Source: Candidatus Bilamarchaeum dharawalense (GTDB taxonomy: Archaea > Micrarchaeota > Micrarchaeia > Anstonellales > Bilamarchaeaceae). From it: DNA of 64,000 nucleotides. The stretch spans positions 32,939-96,938 of the forward strand of contig CABMJJ010000003.1 of the NCBI GenBank assembly GCA_902386555.1, in the 5' to 3' direction. The notes beneath the pieces were generated by a model, which did not search any database, was not told the origin of the DNA, and worked only from the letters and a program-made list of their open reading frames with translations. The position numbers and the translations under genes are program-made. How positions within the stretch are numbered: the first letter of the stretch is position 1; each line of letters starts with the position of its first letter. Shown here one piece after another: positions 10,450 to 20,287 of this stretch.

Positions 10450-12603
10450 ATGCCAAAACCAACTGCAGGGATAGCACTTAGCGGAAATACAATAGTGATA
10501 ATATTTACTGATGGTGAAAGGTTTTCCACTAGCCAAACCCTAAGTGCACAAGAAAGAGAAGACCGCAGCAAGGTTGATGCCAAAGTAAATGCTGCCTTAG
10601 ATGAAGCATATAGACATGCACAGACACAAGCCAAGAAAGATGAATTGCTTAATGATAAAAGAATCCAGCAAGCTTTATGGGATAAGCTTCACCCAAAAGT
10701 AGTGGGTGCACCTAAGAAAACAGGTCCTGGTATTGTGGAGAGAGTTATAGACAAAGGACAGGAACTTGCTGCAGAAGCAGAGAGAAGAAGGCAAGAACAA
10801 GCACGGAAAAGAGAAGAAACCAGGAGACCAACCGATAGAACTGCATCTCCAGGTCTCAAAAAAGTAGACCAGAGATACATATTACAACAGATAGCAGCAA
10901 CTGACCGAGCAGGAACTGCAACCACGCTTGTAACTAGAAAAGAAGAAATTGATGGCTTTCTGAAGCAAGACCAAAGGGGAACGGAAAGAACAAAACAACA
11001 AAGAGAGACAACAGTTGCCATATTCAATGAATTGGCTGCCAATGTGCCTGCATTCAAAGCCTATCTTAAGCAAATGGCTGCAACTCAAAGAAGCGAATAT
11101 CCGGAATTTGTCCAGTTGTTTGTATTCACCCAAGATCAGAATGCCAAACTGGACATATCAACCCAAGCCGAGATTTTACGTGCTGCAGATTTATTCATAA
11201 GATATTTCCTAATAAATTTTGGAGCCAATACTGATCCAAGTTTCCGAAGAGAAATAGAACAGTTGGTTGGACTAAAAGCAATTTTAGATGAATCAAAACC
11301 ATTGGCAAAAAGACTTGCCATGGGCGGTACCATTGATAGTGACACCATGGCGGCTGCTGAATTATATATTAGAAGATGGCAGTTGATTCATCCAAAAAAA
11401 GGTGCAGCACAAAAAGCAGATGAAATTCCAGTATGGGAAGCACCCAGAGTGGTAGTTGAAGAAGCACCAGCAGAAGCAATGAGAAGAGTGGCGATAATTG
11501 GTGACTCCATAAGCGCAGATGGAGTATATGGACAGGAACTTCAAAAATTATTAAGGCAGGGCGGAGCCAAGGCAGCTGTTGAGGTCTACGGAGTAAACGG
11601 GGACACTTCCTACGGGGCAAAAACAAGATTTAGAAGAGATGTACTTGGAAAAAAACCACCCTACGATACTGTGATAATACAAATCGGGGTTAATGATATT
11701 GCACAAAGAAGACCAGTAACTGAGATTCAAAAAAACATTAGAGAGATGATAGAAGCTGCACAACAAGCAGGAATGCGAGTGGTAATCCTAACTGTTACAC
11801 CATGGCAAGGAACAGGAAGTGCAACTGAACGAGCCATTAGAGACACGGCCCAGTTGAATGAATGGCTACTTGCAAAAACAGATCCTGCACTTAAGGATGT
11901 TACTGTGGTTGACATGAAAAGTTTGGGGAATCCAACTAACCCAGCAGAATTGGCTCCGGCATATAGAGATGGAGCAGAAAGATTGCACCCAAATGAAGCT
12001 GGAAAACGAGAGATGGCAAGAGTAATTGCAGCATCCCCGGCTTTTGGAGTAACAGATGACCGACCAGTCGTTGGAACAGTTGTCCAAACAACAGACCTGG
12101 CAAATGCAGCCCGATCAGGATCTCCAGACCCTGCAAAAATTGTTGAATTAACTCAAGCACCTACAGCTTTGAAAAAAGAGGAGATAGGAAGATCGTTTGT
12201 AACTGTAATAAATGAAGACTTGCTCAAGGATGGCCAGTTTGTTGAATTTATGAAAAGAAAATACCCTCAATATTGTAAAAAAGGAGAAGTAATTAGACTT
12301 GCAAGTGATGCACCAGAGGCAGCTGTTCGTGTTTATGTCAAAGCAGTCCAGGAATTTTTAAATGAACAGGCAACCGCAGATTACAGACTAGGAAAAGATA
12401 TCGCAAAGTTGTATCAAAAATTAGGAATGCCTGCAGAAGAACGCATTAGACCAGACCCTGCAAATCAATTGTTAACATTAAATATGATTGCACTTTATCA
12501 ATGGAGAAAACTTCACAGAACCGAAGAACCAGGAAAATGGGGCGAAAGAATCGGTGTACCAGTGGACAAACCAAATCAACCATTGGAGATTCATGGCTTT
12601 TAA
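10450..12603 (+). CDS. SGNH/GDSL-hydrolase domain protein (717 aa)
   Basis: Blocks IIGDSIS (I), GVNGDTS (II), IQIGVND (III), DGAERLHPN (V); GGTGG RBS. Confidence 0.85.
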   Translation: MPKPTAGIALSGNTIVIIFTDGERFSTSQTLSAQEREDRSKVDAKVNAALDEAYRHAQTQAKKDELLNDKRIQQALWDKLHPKVVGAPKKTGPGIVERVIDKGQELAAEAERRRQEQARKREETRRPTDRTASPGLKKVDQRYILQQIAATDRAGTATTLVTRKEEIDGFLKQDQRGTERTKQQRETTVAIFNELAANVPAFKAYLKQMAATQRSEYPEFVQLFVFTQDQNAKLDISTQAEILRAADLFIRYFLINFGANTDPSFRREIEQLVGLKAILDESKPLAKRLAMGGTIDSDTMAAAELYIRRWQLIHPKKGAAQKADEIPVWEAPRVVVEEAPAEAMRRVAIIGDSISADGVYGQELQKLLRQGGAKAAVEVYGVNGDTSYGAKTRFRRDVLGKKPPYDTVIIQIGVNDIAQRRPVTEIQKNIREMIEAAQQAGMRVVILTVTPWQGTGSATERAIRDTAQLNEWLLAKTDPALKDVTVVDMKSLGNPTNPAELAPAYRDGAERLHPNEAGKREMARVIAASPAFGVTDDRPVVGTVVQTTDLANAARSGSPDPAKIVELTQAPTALKKEEIGRSFVTVINEDLLKDGQFVEFMKRKYPQYCKKGEVIRLASDAPEAAVRVYVKAVQEFLNEQATADYRLGKDIAKLYQKLGMPAEERIRPDPANQLLTLNMIALYQWRKLHRTEEPGKWGERIGVPVDKPNQPLEIHGF

Positions 12604-12618
12604 TTTGTTTTTTTTCTC

Positions 12619-12662
12619 TGAAGGGGCTGACGCCCCTTCAAAACCCCACGCGCGAAGTGCGT
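12619..12662. repeat. GC-rich REP-like hairpins in an intergenic region
   Basis: TGAAGGGGC-TGAC-GCCCCTTCA perfect 9-bp stem, then AAACCCC and ACGCGC-GAA-GTGCGT. Confidence 0.6.
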
Positions 12663-12766
12663 CATCTAACAAAAAAACACGAGCGGTAGCGAGTGCAATA
12701 AAAAGAAACACACCTTTTAATGTCTTCGCACACAATATTATTAGGGGGAATTCGTGAAGGGAGAGG

Positions 12767-15700
12767 ATGGCAGGTACAAGAATATATCGAAGTGGCCAGA
12801 ACGATTTAGGCGAATTGCCCTCGCAACAAAGAAAGCGATCAATTTTTGGAAGATGTCATACTGTGGCAGCTGCAGCACTTGTTGGTGTGCTGACGTTGAC
12901 CAGCGGAACAAATATAAAGAATCTTGGAGGTAATATTGCTATGGCACAAACTCATCCTGTGGCTGAAAGAACCCTGACTAGAAAAGCAGAAGACGCAGTC
13001 AAATCCTACAAAGAATATATGCTTACCGGAAATCCTGCAGCAAAAGCTCGCGTCGTGGAATATCTACAGGATAGATCACCGCAGGCTGTACAGGCATTTA
13101 CTACGGAATTTCTCAAACAATTAAGACCAGACCCAACAGGACCGATAATACGATCCTATGTGGCAATCGTCGGCTCGCTTAAAGTAGAAGACTTTTTGAC
13201 ATTGCTTGAAAAAGTACATGAAGCTGTAAAAGCAGGTAGACCAGCAGTACTTGCACTAAAAGGAACTGGAACAAAAGATCAGGAACTATTTGAAGAGGTT
13301 ATTACCCCACTGGTTAATCTTATTGGCCGGGCAGATTTATTGGATGTTTCTGCAGAAACCCGTTCCTCTGCCAGAACATGTGCAACCATGTTTGTCAGCC
13401 TGATTCAAACAAGAGAAAAGGAAACAAGAGACCAGATAGCAATCGACCTATGGAAACGAATGAAAAAGGACCTTGATGCCAATGGTGGTGTTTTTCCAGC
13501 AGGGTATATGGAAGAATTTTACGCGGTTGTTAAATCCACAAATCCAGAAATGGCTGCCATACTGATGGGTTACGCCAGAGATAAAAAATTGAGTGGACTA
13601 GACAAACTAACTCCTGCAGATGTAAAGGAATTATTTGAAGATCATTTGCTTCAGGTCATGGCCCAACTATGGGTTGGCCAGGCTGATCGTGGAGTACTGG
13701 CAAGAGTACATGGAAATGGACTAACAACTGCAGTAAATAGTTACATTGTAAGTGTCTCGACGATCAAAAAAGCAATAACAGTTCAAGAACTTTTAACACG
13801 AATTGATGAAGTTGAAGCATTCCTGAAAGAAAGAGGAATTACATTACCAACCATCACAGGATCAGTTGTTGGACGAGTGCCAACACCAGAAGAAAATTTA
13901 GCTGGGCTTTTGAAATCATGGAGAGATAAGCTAACCGCATCTCCTCCTCCAGATCAAAAAGCACTGGAAATTTTAAGCTACCAAATCCCCAATCGTGCGG
14001 AAGTAGAAGAAGTGGAAAAAGTAACAACCATTAGAGCAGGAAGAATAGAAAATATGATTGAAGGAAACGGCAGTTTCTACGAAGTACTGGGTGCAAAAAT
14101 ATTCGTACCAAGATTGGAAAGTTATCTTGCTCAAGTGGATTATTACGTGATGGATCCAAGAATTGGGAACTTTGCTGGCGTGTTCATGAGAACACACCAT
14201 GTTGATAGAGATGCAATGAAACAACTTTTGGATACAGTAAAATCTGTTAATACTGCAATCCCAGCAGCAATAGAAACATTGGATACTGACCTACTTGTAT
14301 TTGCAGCTCAGGATGCTGCAGGAACAACAGGTGGGGAAGCTCTTAGATTAGAACGCATAGCACAGTTCAGACAACTGTTGAATAGCCAGATAGATTTGAT
14401 CACGGATAAGATGGCTGCTTTCAAAGGGATAATAAGTCACACTCCAGAATGGGACGAACTCAGAAAAAAAGTTGCGACTAGAGTTATGAGACAATATGTT
14501 GCAGTTGGATCGTTTGTCCCTGGACAGATTGATCCGGCAACAGATAGAGTGATAACCCAGCCCAAGGATCCTGTTGAACTATTGGTCAGACAATATGAAA
14601 TGATAGCGCGAGATCAGGGTTATCTTAATTTCCGAGCAACTTTCACCGATGCACTCGGGGTATATATGACTGACCTAACTGCATCACCTGCTGCCACAGA
14701 AGGAGAAAAATTCATGGCAGCTTCAAGAATTTCAACAGCCCAACAGGCAATCCAAATGTTTTCCGGACTTCCATTGCAATCAAGCTATGCACTTTATCAA
14801 GCACTCCAGGCGACCTATGGAAGCCTAAGTTCCCATTATAGAAATACTGAAGAAATGGCAAGAGTTTGTTCTTTGATTGTGGGGTATAGCCAATTGCCGC
14901 CAGCCTATGCAGCACTTGCCTATAGGGAAACAACTGCACCACTTCTCAAAACCTATGATGAAGCTTCTATTCTTGCGATTACCAAAGCAATTAGCGGATA
15001 TAGTCAAATGTACATTGCAGGTGATCATTACAGGCTGATGGAAGAGTATTACGGAACATTGGCAGAGAAAATAGCCAAACTATTTCCAGATATAACTGCA
15101 ATGCAGGCAGATCGTAGAGAGTTAACAAAAGATGTTCGAGTTAGAATGCCGCCAGAAGCAGAATACGGTGAAGTAATGATACCCGGTGCGCAACTAACAA
15201 TCCACATTCCAAAAAGAATATACACCACCTGGGCCCAGAAATATGGCCTAACAGTAAGTGCAGCCCCCAGGATTATTGAAAATCCTGCAGCTGCAGCAGA
15301 TTTGTTCCAGGCCATGGGTAGATATTTTGGGGAACCGATGGTATCTGCACGTACCAACATCCCATTCCCTTGGATGAGATTGCCAATTTTGTTAAATAAC
15401 TTGGGTGTGCTAGCACCAGAAACATTCCCACCGGTTGGTGAATTTATTGCGTTACACATGGGAGGAGATGTAACCTATAAATTGAACAAGGTGGATACCT
15501 CAGCTCCTGAAGGGGATACAACCACAAGATCTGATCAAGGTAATATTGGTGTTTTTGCTGAGGCAACACGAGAAGGTCAGGTAACAACTGCAAAAGCAAG
15601 ATATGCAATAACTGCCAATACAACAACCGGACCAGATGGTGTAACAACTGGAGATAGAACCCATGTTGGAACACTTGAATTGCAACAACTCAGACTGCAC

Positions 15701-17737
15701 ACCGATGCAGCAGGAGATTATAACGTACATGGTTTCTCTGCAGATATTACAGTTATAGAAGAACCACCAGTGGTAAAAGCAGGAGAACCGCCAGGAACAG
15801 GATTGGACAGTAGAGTTGCTGCCGTAGGTACCTTGTGGTCAGGTGCAGCACCTGCTGGTGCAGACACATTAATCTACTTCAAACGATTACAGGCACGAGA
15901 CACCGTTGGACCAGATGGAAATGTTGTACCGGGTGATGTTTCCCTTGTTGCGCACATATTCCAAAGATTACCAAATGGAAGTTTTGGTGAGGTGGATACA
16001 GTAACCATACCTAAGGAACAAGCTGAAGCATTGTACTGGAAGACAATGCAAAAACCAATGCAAAGATTATATGGGGCTGCAAGAGTGCAGACCGGAGATG
16101 TGCTGGTTCAGATGGATGGTGCATTCCTATTCTCAGGACCATTTAGCGGACAACCAGAATCAGAATGGGATCAGTTCCAAGGTGCGGGTGTGGCAGCCCA
16201 GAAAGGAGAATGGGGCGGCTATGTGGACTATGAAGAAACCAGAGGAAGAAGAGGAGCTGCTGCATTTGGAAGATTTAGACCAGAGGAACGATCATTGTGG
16301 ATTGGAAGATTTTCAATGGATATGTTCAAATACGGAGATGAGGGTGCAGGCAACAAATATTACGCAGAAGGACAGTACATAAAAGTAGATAAAATGGAGG
16401 TTAAGGCATTTGTTGGCTTTAGCGATAGAAAAGAAGATATGCCTAAAAAAGACCTTCAGGGAGTTGTAATTCTAAATTATGTTTTCGGTGAAAGTGTTCT
16501 TGGTTATAGATATGGTGGTCTTGGAGGAGGAAGGCTTATTAGAAGAAGCGGAGCTCCAGGAAGCCAATTTACCGACGATATGAGTGGTGGTAGAGCATAC
16601 GGAATCCAGGATGACCTGATGGGCGGTATTGTTGTATCTGGATTATATAGAAGGTTCACAATGCAACAGGGAGCTCCAGCACAAACACCACTCGGAGATC
16701 TTGGTATCCCATCAACAAATCCTGCACTGGATGAGGCAATTGCATCGCAACATCCTGAACTGGGTGAAGCAGCACCAACTGATGTTCCGGTTGCAGAGCA
16801 AAAACTTGTTGCCGCAGGATTTAGAAGATTATTATCAGCACAACACGGCCTTGAGCTTGGTGCACTTTGGGACTTTACACCAAATGAAGGTGCTGCCTTT
16901 GTACAATATGACTGGACCCCAATGGGGAGAACATTTACAAGTATGAGATTAACTGCAGCCATTGTTTACAAGAAAATAGGTGGCGATCCGCTTGAATCTG
17001 GAGGAGAGCACATTGCAATACCTTTAGTTGGTGGCGCAACTGATTGGATTGCAAATGACAAAGTTAGATTGAAACTCGAGGCCTTCTATCCAGGAATAGG
17101 AGAGATGAAGATATTTGCACCACCAGTGGATACGGTATTTGGTGGAGGTTACCTGGACAGAATAGCAACTGGTGGTCATATCGGTTTTAGAATACCACTT
17201 ACCTTGGACAGACGATTGATTCTTGGAATACTTGGCAGTGGAAGCAGAGACTATGACACTGGTGCAACCATCCAGGCAACTCCAACAGGTGAACTAGCCG
17301 AGACCGAGGGTGGAACCACTCAGGGTGAAGGTGCAGTTGGATTGTTCTACACATTCCCAACATCAGGTACTGGATTGCAATTGGGTAATGTTTACGGATG
17401 GGTAACTGGAATGTACCAAGACGATTTGTTAACCCGAGGTCGTTCCTATCAACTTGATGCTGTGGGAGGCGCGATGTTTACTGATGCCACCACTCAAGTT
17501 AGAGGACAACTAGGATTCCAGCACTGGCAATCCTGGATGCCAGAAGTTGATACAACCCAGATGAGAGATGCCCTTACCACAAGTCTGGTTATTTCAAAGA
17601 GAGGATTCCTTGGTAAATATATAGATCCGTTCTTGAAATTTGACTTTAGCTTTGGAAGAAGGGTTAGAGATGTTGGTCCAACTAGAACTGAAGAAATGGA
17701 CATCCAAGGAACATTTGACCTGGGAGCAACATTCTAA
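12767..17737 (+). CDS. Large exported protein (1656 aa): helical N-half, beta-strand-rich C-half ending in Phe
   Basis: Basic N-region plus hydrophobic VAAAALVGVLTLT and AMA|Q-like site; C-terminus IQGTFDLGATF; GGAGAGG RBS. Confidence 0.85.
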   Translation: MAGTRIYRSGQNDLGELPSQQRKRSIFGRCHTVAAAALVGVLTLTSGTNIKNLGGNIAMAQTHPVAERTLTRKAEDAVKSYKEYMLTGNPAAKARVVEYLQDRSPQAVQAFTTEFLKQLRPDPTGPIIRSYVAIVGSLKVEDFLTLLEKVHEAVKAGRPAVLALKGTGTKDQELFEEVITPLVNLIGRADLLDVSAETRSSARTCATMFVSLIQTREKETRDQIAIDLWKRMKKDLDANGGVFPAGYMEEFYAVVKSTNPEMAAILMGYARDKKLSGLDKLTPADVKELFEDHLLQVMAQLWVGQADRGVLARVHGNGLTTAVNSYIVSVSTIKKAITVQELLTRIDEVEAFLKERGITLPTITGSVVGRVPTPEENLAGLLKSWRDKLTASPPPDQKALEILSYQIPNRAEVEEVEKVTTIRAGRIENMIEGNGSFYEVLGAKIFVPRLESYLAQVDYYVMDPRIGNFAGVFMRTHHVDRDAMKQLLDTVKSVNTAIPAAIETLDTDLLVFAAQDAAGTTGGEALRLERIAQFRQLLNSQIDLITDKMAAFKGIISHTPEWDELRKKVATRVMRQYVAVGSFVPGQIDPATDRVITQPKDPVELLVRQYEMIARDQGYLNFRATFTDALGVYMTDLTASPAATEGEKFMAASRISTAQQAIQMFSGLPLQSSYALYQALQATYGSLSSHYRNTEEMARVCSLIVGYSQLPPAYAALAYRETTAPLLKTYDEASILAITKAISGYSQMYIAGDHYRLMEEYYGTLAEKIAKLFPDITAMQADRRELTKDVRVRMPPEAEYGEVMIPGAQLTIHIPKRIYTTWAQKYGLTVSAAPRIIENPAAAADLFQAMGRYFGEPMVSARTNIPFPWMRLPILLNNLGVLAPETFPPVGEFIALHMGGDVTYKLNKVDTSAPEGDTTTRSDQGNIGVFAEATREGQVTTAKARYAITANTTTGPDGVTTGDRTHVGTLELQQLRLHTDAAGDYNVHGFSADITVIEEPPVVKAGEPPGTGLDSRVAAVGTLWSGAAPAGADTLIYFKRLQARDTVGPDGNVVPGDVSLVAHIFQRLPNGSFGEVDTVTIPKEQAEALYWKTMQKPMQRLYGAARVQTGDVLVQMDGAFLFSGPFSGQPESEWDQFQGAGVAAQKGEWGGYVDYEETRGRRGAAAFGRFRPEERSLWIGRFSMDMFKYGDEGAGNKYYAEGQYIKVDKMEVKAFVGFSDRKEDMPKKDLQGVVILNYVFGESVLGYRYGGLGGGRLIRRSGAPGSQFTDDMSGGRAYGIQDDLMGGIVVSGLYRRFTMQQGAPAQTPLGDLGIPSTNPALDEAIASQHPELGEAAPTDVPVAEQKLVAAGFRRLLSAQHGLELGALWDFTPNEGAAFVQYDWTPMGRTFTSMRLTAAIVYKKIGGDPLESGGEHIAIPLVGGATDWIANDKVRLKLEAFYPGIGEMKIFAPPVDTVFGGGYLDRIATGGHIGFRIPLTLDRRLILGILGSGSRDYDTGATIQATPTGELAETEGGTTQGEGAVGLFYTFPTSGTGLQLGNVYGWVTGMYQDDLLTRGRSYQLDAVGGAMFTDATTQVRGQLGFQHWQSWMPEVDTTQMRDALTTSLVISKRGFLGKYIDPFLKFDFSFGRRVRDVGPTRTEEMDIQGTFDLGATF

Positions 17738-17807
17738 TGGGCCATCATCCCTTTAGAACCCCATCTCAATTCTAACAATAGTAGAGAAGACAGAAAAGGG
17801 AAGTGTG

Positions 17808-17874
17808 AAACCGTGTTGTGAACGTCATAACGTTCACGACAGTCAAGAAAGCACGGCTTTCTTGCCATAGGTTT
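17808..17874. repeat. Double-hairpin palindromic cassette (family B) between convergent genes; possible terminator
   Basis: GTTGTGAACGT-CATA-ACGTTCACGAC, linker AGT, CAAGAAAGC-ACG-GCTTTCTTG, outer AAACC/GGTTT; shares TTCACGACAGTC with 46547-46558. Confidence 0.7.
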
Positions 17875-17883
17875 AACAACTAA

Positions 17884-18285
17884 TTATTTTTTCTTTGGTG
17901 TTTCCAATTTAATTTGGATTTTTGGAGAAAGCAACGGCGGAGTCATGGACAATGCTTTTGCCACTAGAACACCGTTGCACTGTGCCTGGAATGTTACGGC
18001 GTTGATGAGCTGTTCGCCCAGTTCTCTTGGAATCAGTTTGTCTTTTTTCCAAACAGTTGCGAGTTGATTAATTTCTGTGCTGGTACCTTCTATGAGCACA
18101 TAGCCATTGAATTTTATGTGTGCAACATAGGGATCATACATCACAGAGAAAATGAAATCAGTGCGAAAATCAGAACCAGCAACTTTAGCATCCTGGATGT
18201 TTAGGTTGACTGCGACATTGGTAAATGCATCCTCTTTGACATGCTCAGCTTCTACCTTATAAAATTTAATTGCCTTCAGTTTCAT
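17884..18285 (-). CDS. Hypothetical protein (133 aa), resembles conserved archaeal uncharacterised proteins
   Basis: Clean ORF directly downstream of trm56; no catalytic motif recognised. Confidence 0.75.
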   Translation of the reverse strand: MKLKAIKFYKVEAEHVKEDAFTNVAVNLNIQDAKVAGSDFRTDFIFSVMYDPYVAHIKFNGYVLIEGTSTEINQLATVWKKDKLIPRELGEQLINAVTFQAQCNGVLVAKALSMTPPLLSPKIQIKLETPKKK

Positions 18286-18315
18286 GAAACGATAACATAT
18301 TTAAGGTTAAAAAAG

Positions 18316-18870
18316 CTAGCTTTTTCTAAATTTCTTACCTTTTGCACATGGTTCGATTTTGATCCTACTTCCGAAACTCCAGCTGTGCTCCTTGGTTAAT
18401 TCCCTGCCATTAACAATTCTATCCAGGGTAATTGCAAGTGCAGCCACTTCACTATGGGGCTGGTTGGTAACGGAAATATTGAAATCTGCAAGTTCATAGA
18501 CTTCACCCGGCACCTGCTCAGATCCAACAACAATGAGAAGTTTTTTGGAATTTTTTATCTCATTTAATTTTTCTGGTAGAGGAAGACCGTACATGGTAAG
18601 ATGAATTATGGAATAGCCAGAGGCTTTGCATTCTCGCATAAATTTCAAAGCATTCTTCTCATAGCTAATGTCAAAGGGCATGGCACTGCCTTCAACCTGT
18701 CCCCCCCAACTTGCACAAATTTTCTTTACACTTTCTTCCAAGCCTGAATCGTGCTGACCAGAATAGACAACGGAGTTGGCACCGAATGCTCGTGCCACAA
18801 GGCAAACGTGAGTGGAGATGCGTTCATCCCTCGGAAGGCGATGACTGAGACGCAAAACAAAAATTTCCAT
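18316..18870 (-). CDS. trm56: tRNA (cytidine(56)-2'-O)-methyltransferase (SPOUT)
   Basis: LRLSHRLPRDERISTHVCLVARAFGA, HLTMYG, VGSEQVP, NQPHSEVAALA. Confidence 0.95.
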   Translation of the reverse strand: MEIFVLRLSHRLPRDERISTHVCLVARAFGANSVVYSGQHDSGLEESVKKICASWGGQVEGSAMPFDISYEKNALKFMRECKASGYSIIHLTMYGLPLPEKLNEIKNSKKLLIVVGSEQVPGEVYELADFNISVTNQPHSEVAALAITLDRIVNGRELTKEHSWSFGSRIKIEPCAKGKKFRKS

Positions 18871-18928
18871 GGTAATAGATCGTCAGGATTATTTTAAAAA
18901 TCAGGGCCACCTATAATAGCTGGAGATA

Positions 18929-20287
18929 ATGAGCAAATATTTTGGAACTAACGGAGTACGTGGCAGATTCAATGAATTAACGCCAGAACTTACGCTAAAA
19001 CTCTCCCAGGCCATTGGAATCTATTTCAAACGTGGAAAAATAATAGTGGCAAGAGATTGTAGAATCACTGGCGAGGTGTTAAGCTCCTGTGTAATGGCTG
19101 GTCTTGTAAGTGTTGGATGCGAGGTAATTGACATTGGAATTGCAAGTTCTCCAACAGCAGAATTCATGATAAAAAAACTCAAAACCAACGGATGTATAAT
19201 TGTGAGTGCATCCCATAACCCTCCGGAGTGGAACGCACTCAAAATAGTTGATGGAAAGGGAATAGCCATTTCCAAAGAACGCGGAGAGGAGATAGAAAAA
19301 TTATTGGATAGAATAGAATTATCCAGCTGGGATAGGATTGGAAAGGTAAAACGATACGGCAATGCCAGTGAGGACCATGTTAAAGCCATTCTGGAAGCCA
19401 TTGGAATGCTGAAAACTAAAACCAAAAAAACAAAAATCGTTATTGATTGTGGAAATGGAACCGCAGCGCTGATTGCACCAAAGCTTTTCCGTGAAATGGG
19501 AGTGGAATTTTTAAGTTTGAATTCTCATCCAGATGGAAGATTTCCTGGCAGACCGTCAGAACCTACCGAGGTAAATGTAAAGGAACTTCTAGCCATGGTA
19601 AAAAGCAGCAATGCAGATGCCGGCATAGCCTGGGATGGGGATGGGGATAGGGTAATTTTTGTTGATGAAAAGGGAAGATATGTTATCGGGGATAGGGTTT
19701 ATGCCCTTTCCATAATCTGGAAGTTAAATGAACAAAAAAATGGCGATGTGGTTACCACAGTCGCAACCAGTAAAGCTGTTGAAGATGTCGCCAGAAAATA
19801 TGGTGCTAAGGTTCGCTACACTGCCATTGGTGCCCCCTATTTATGCGAAGAGATGGTCAAGGTCAAATCAGTTGATGGAACTGCCAAACCAAATGCAATA
19901 ATAGGCGGGGAGGAAGTTGGCGGGGTGATTTGGCCGGAATTTAGTCTGGCAAAGGATGGTTTTCTTACTGCAGCGGTGATGGTTCAAAAGATTTGTGAAA
20001 AACCATTGAGCGAATGGCTGGAACAGGTACCGGATTATTTTAATGTAAAAATAAAGATGGATGCTGATGCAGAGAGAAAAATAAAAATAGTTGAAAAAGT
20101 GCTTACCCATGCAAAAAACAATAAACTAGATTTTATCGATATTGATGGAGTTCGTATAAACCTACCAGAGGGGTGGGTTATTGTACGAGCGTCTGGAACT
20201 GAAAATTATGTTAGACTTTTTGCTGAAGCCAAAACAAAAGAAGGTGCTGAAAAGTTAGCAGCAGAATATGAAAAAATAGTAAAATAA
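18929..20287 (+). CDS. glmM: Phosphoglucosamine mutase / phosphomannomutase family
   Basis: FGTNGVRG, SASHNP phosphoserine loop, DGDGDR metal loop, RASGTE. Confidence 0.9.
   Translation: MSKYFGTNGVRGRFNELTPELTLKLSQAIGIYFKRGKIIVARDCRITGEVLSSCVMAGLVSVGCEVIDIGIASSPTAEFMIKKLKTNGCIIVSASHNPPEWNALKIVDGKGIAISKERGEEIEKLLDRIELSSWDRIGKVKRYGNASEDHVKAILEAIGMLKTKTKKTKIVIDCGNGTAALIAPKLFREMGVEFLSLNSHPDGRFPGRPSEPTEVNVKELLAMVKSSNADAGIAWDGDGDRVIFVDEKGRYVIGDRVYALSIIWKLNEQKNGDVVTTVATSKAVEDVARKYGAKVRYTAIGAPYLCEEMVKVKSVDGTAKPNAIIGGEEVGGVIWPEFSLAKDGFLTAAVMVQKICEKPLSEWLEQVPDYFNVKIKMDADAERKIKIVEKVLTHAKNNKLDFIDIDGVRINLPEGWVIVRASGTENYVRLFAEAKTKEGAEKLAAEYEKIVK

Noticed and set aside
879..17737. Many 60-150 aa antisense or alternative-frame ORFs
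   Set aside because: Shadows of long real ORFs with no motifs
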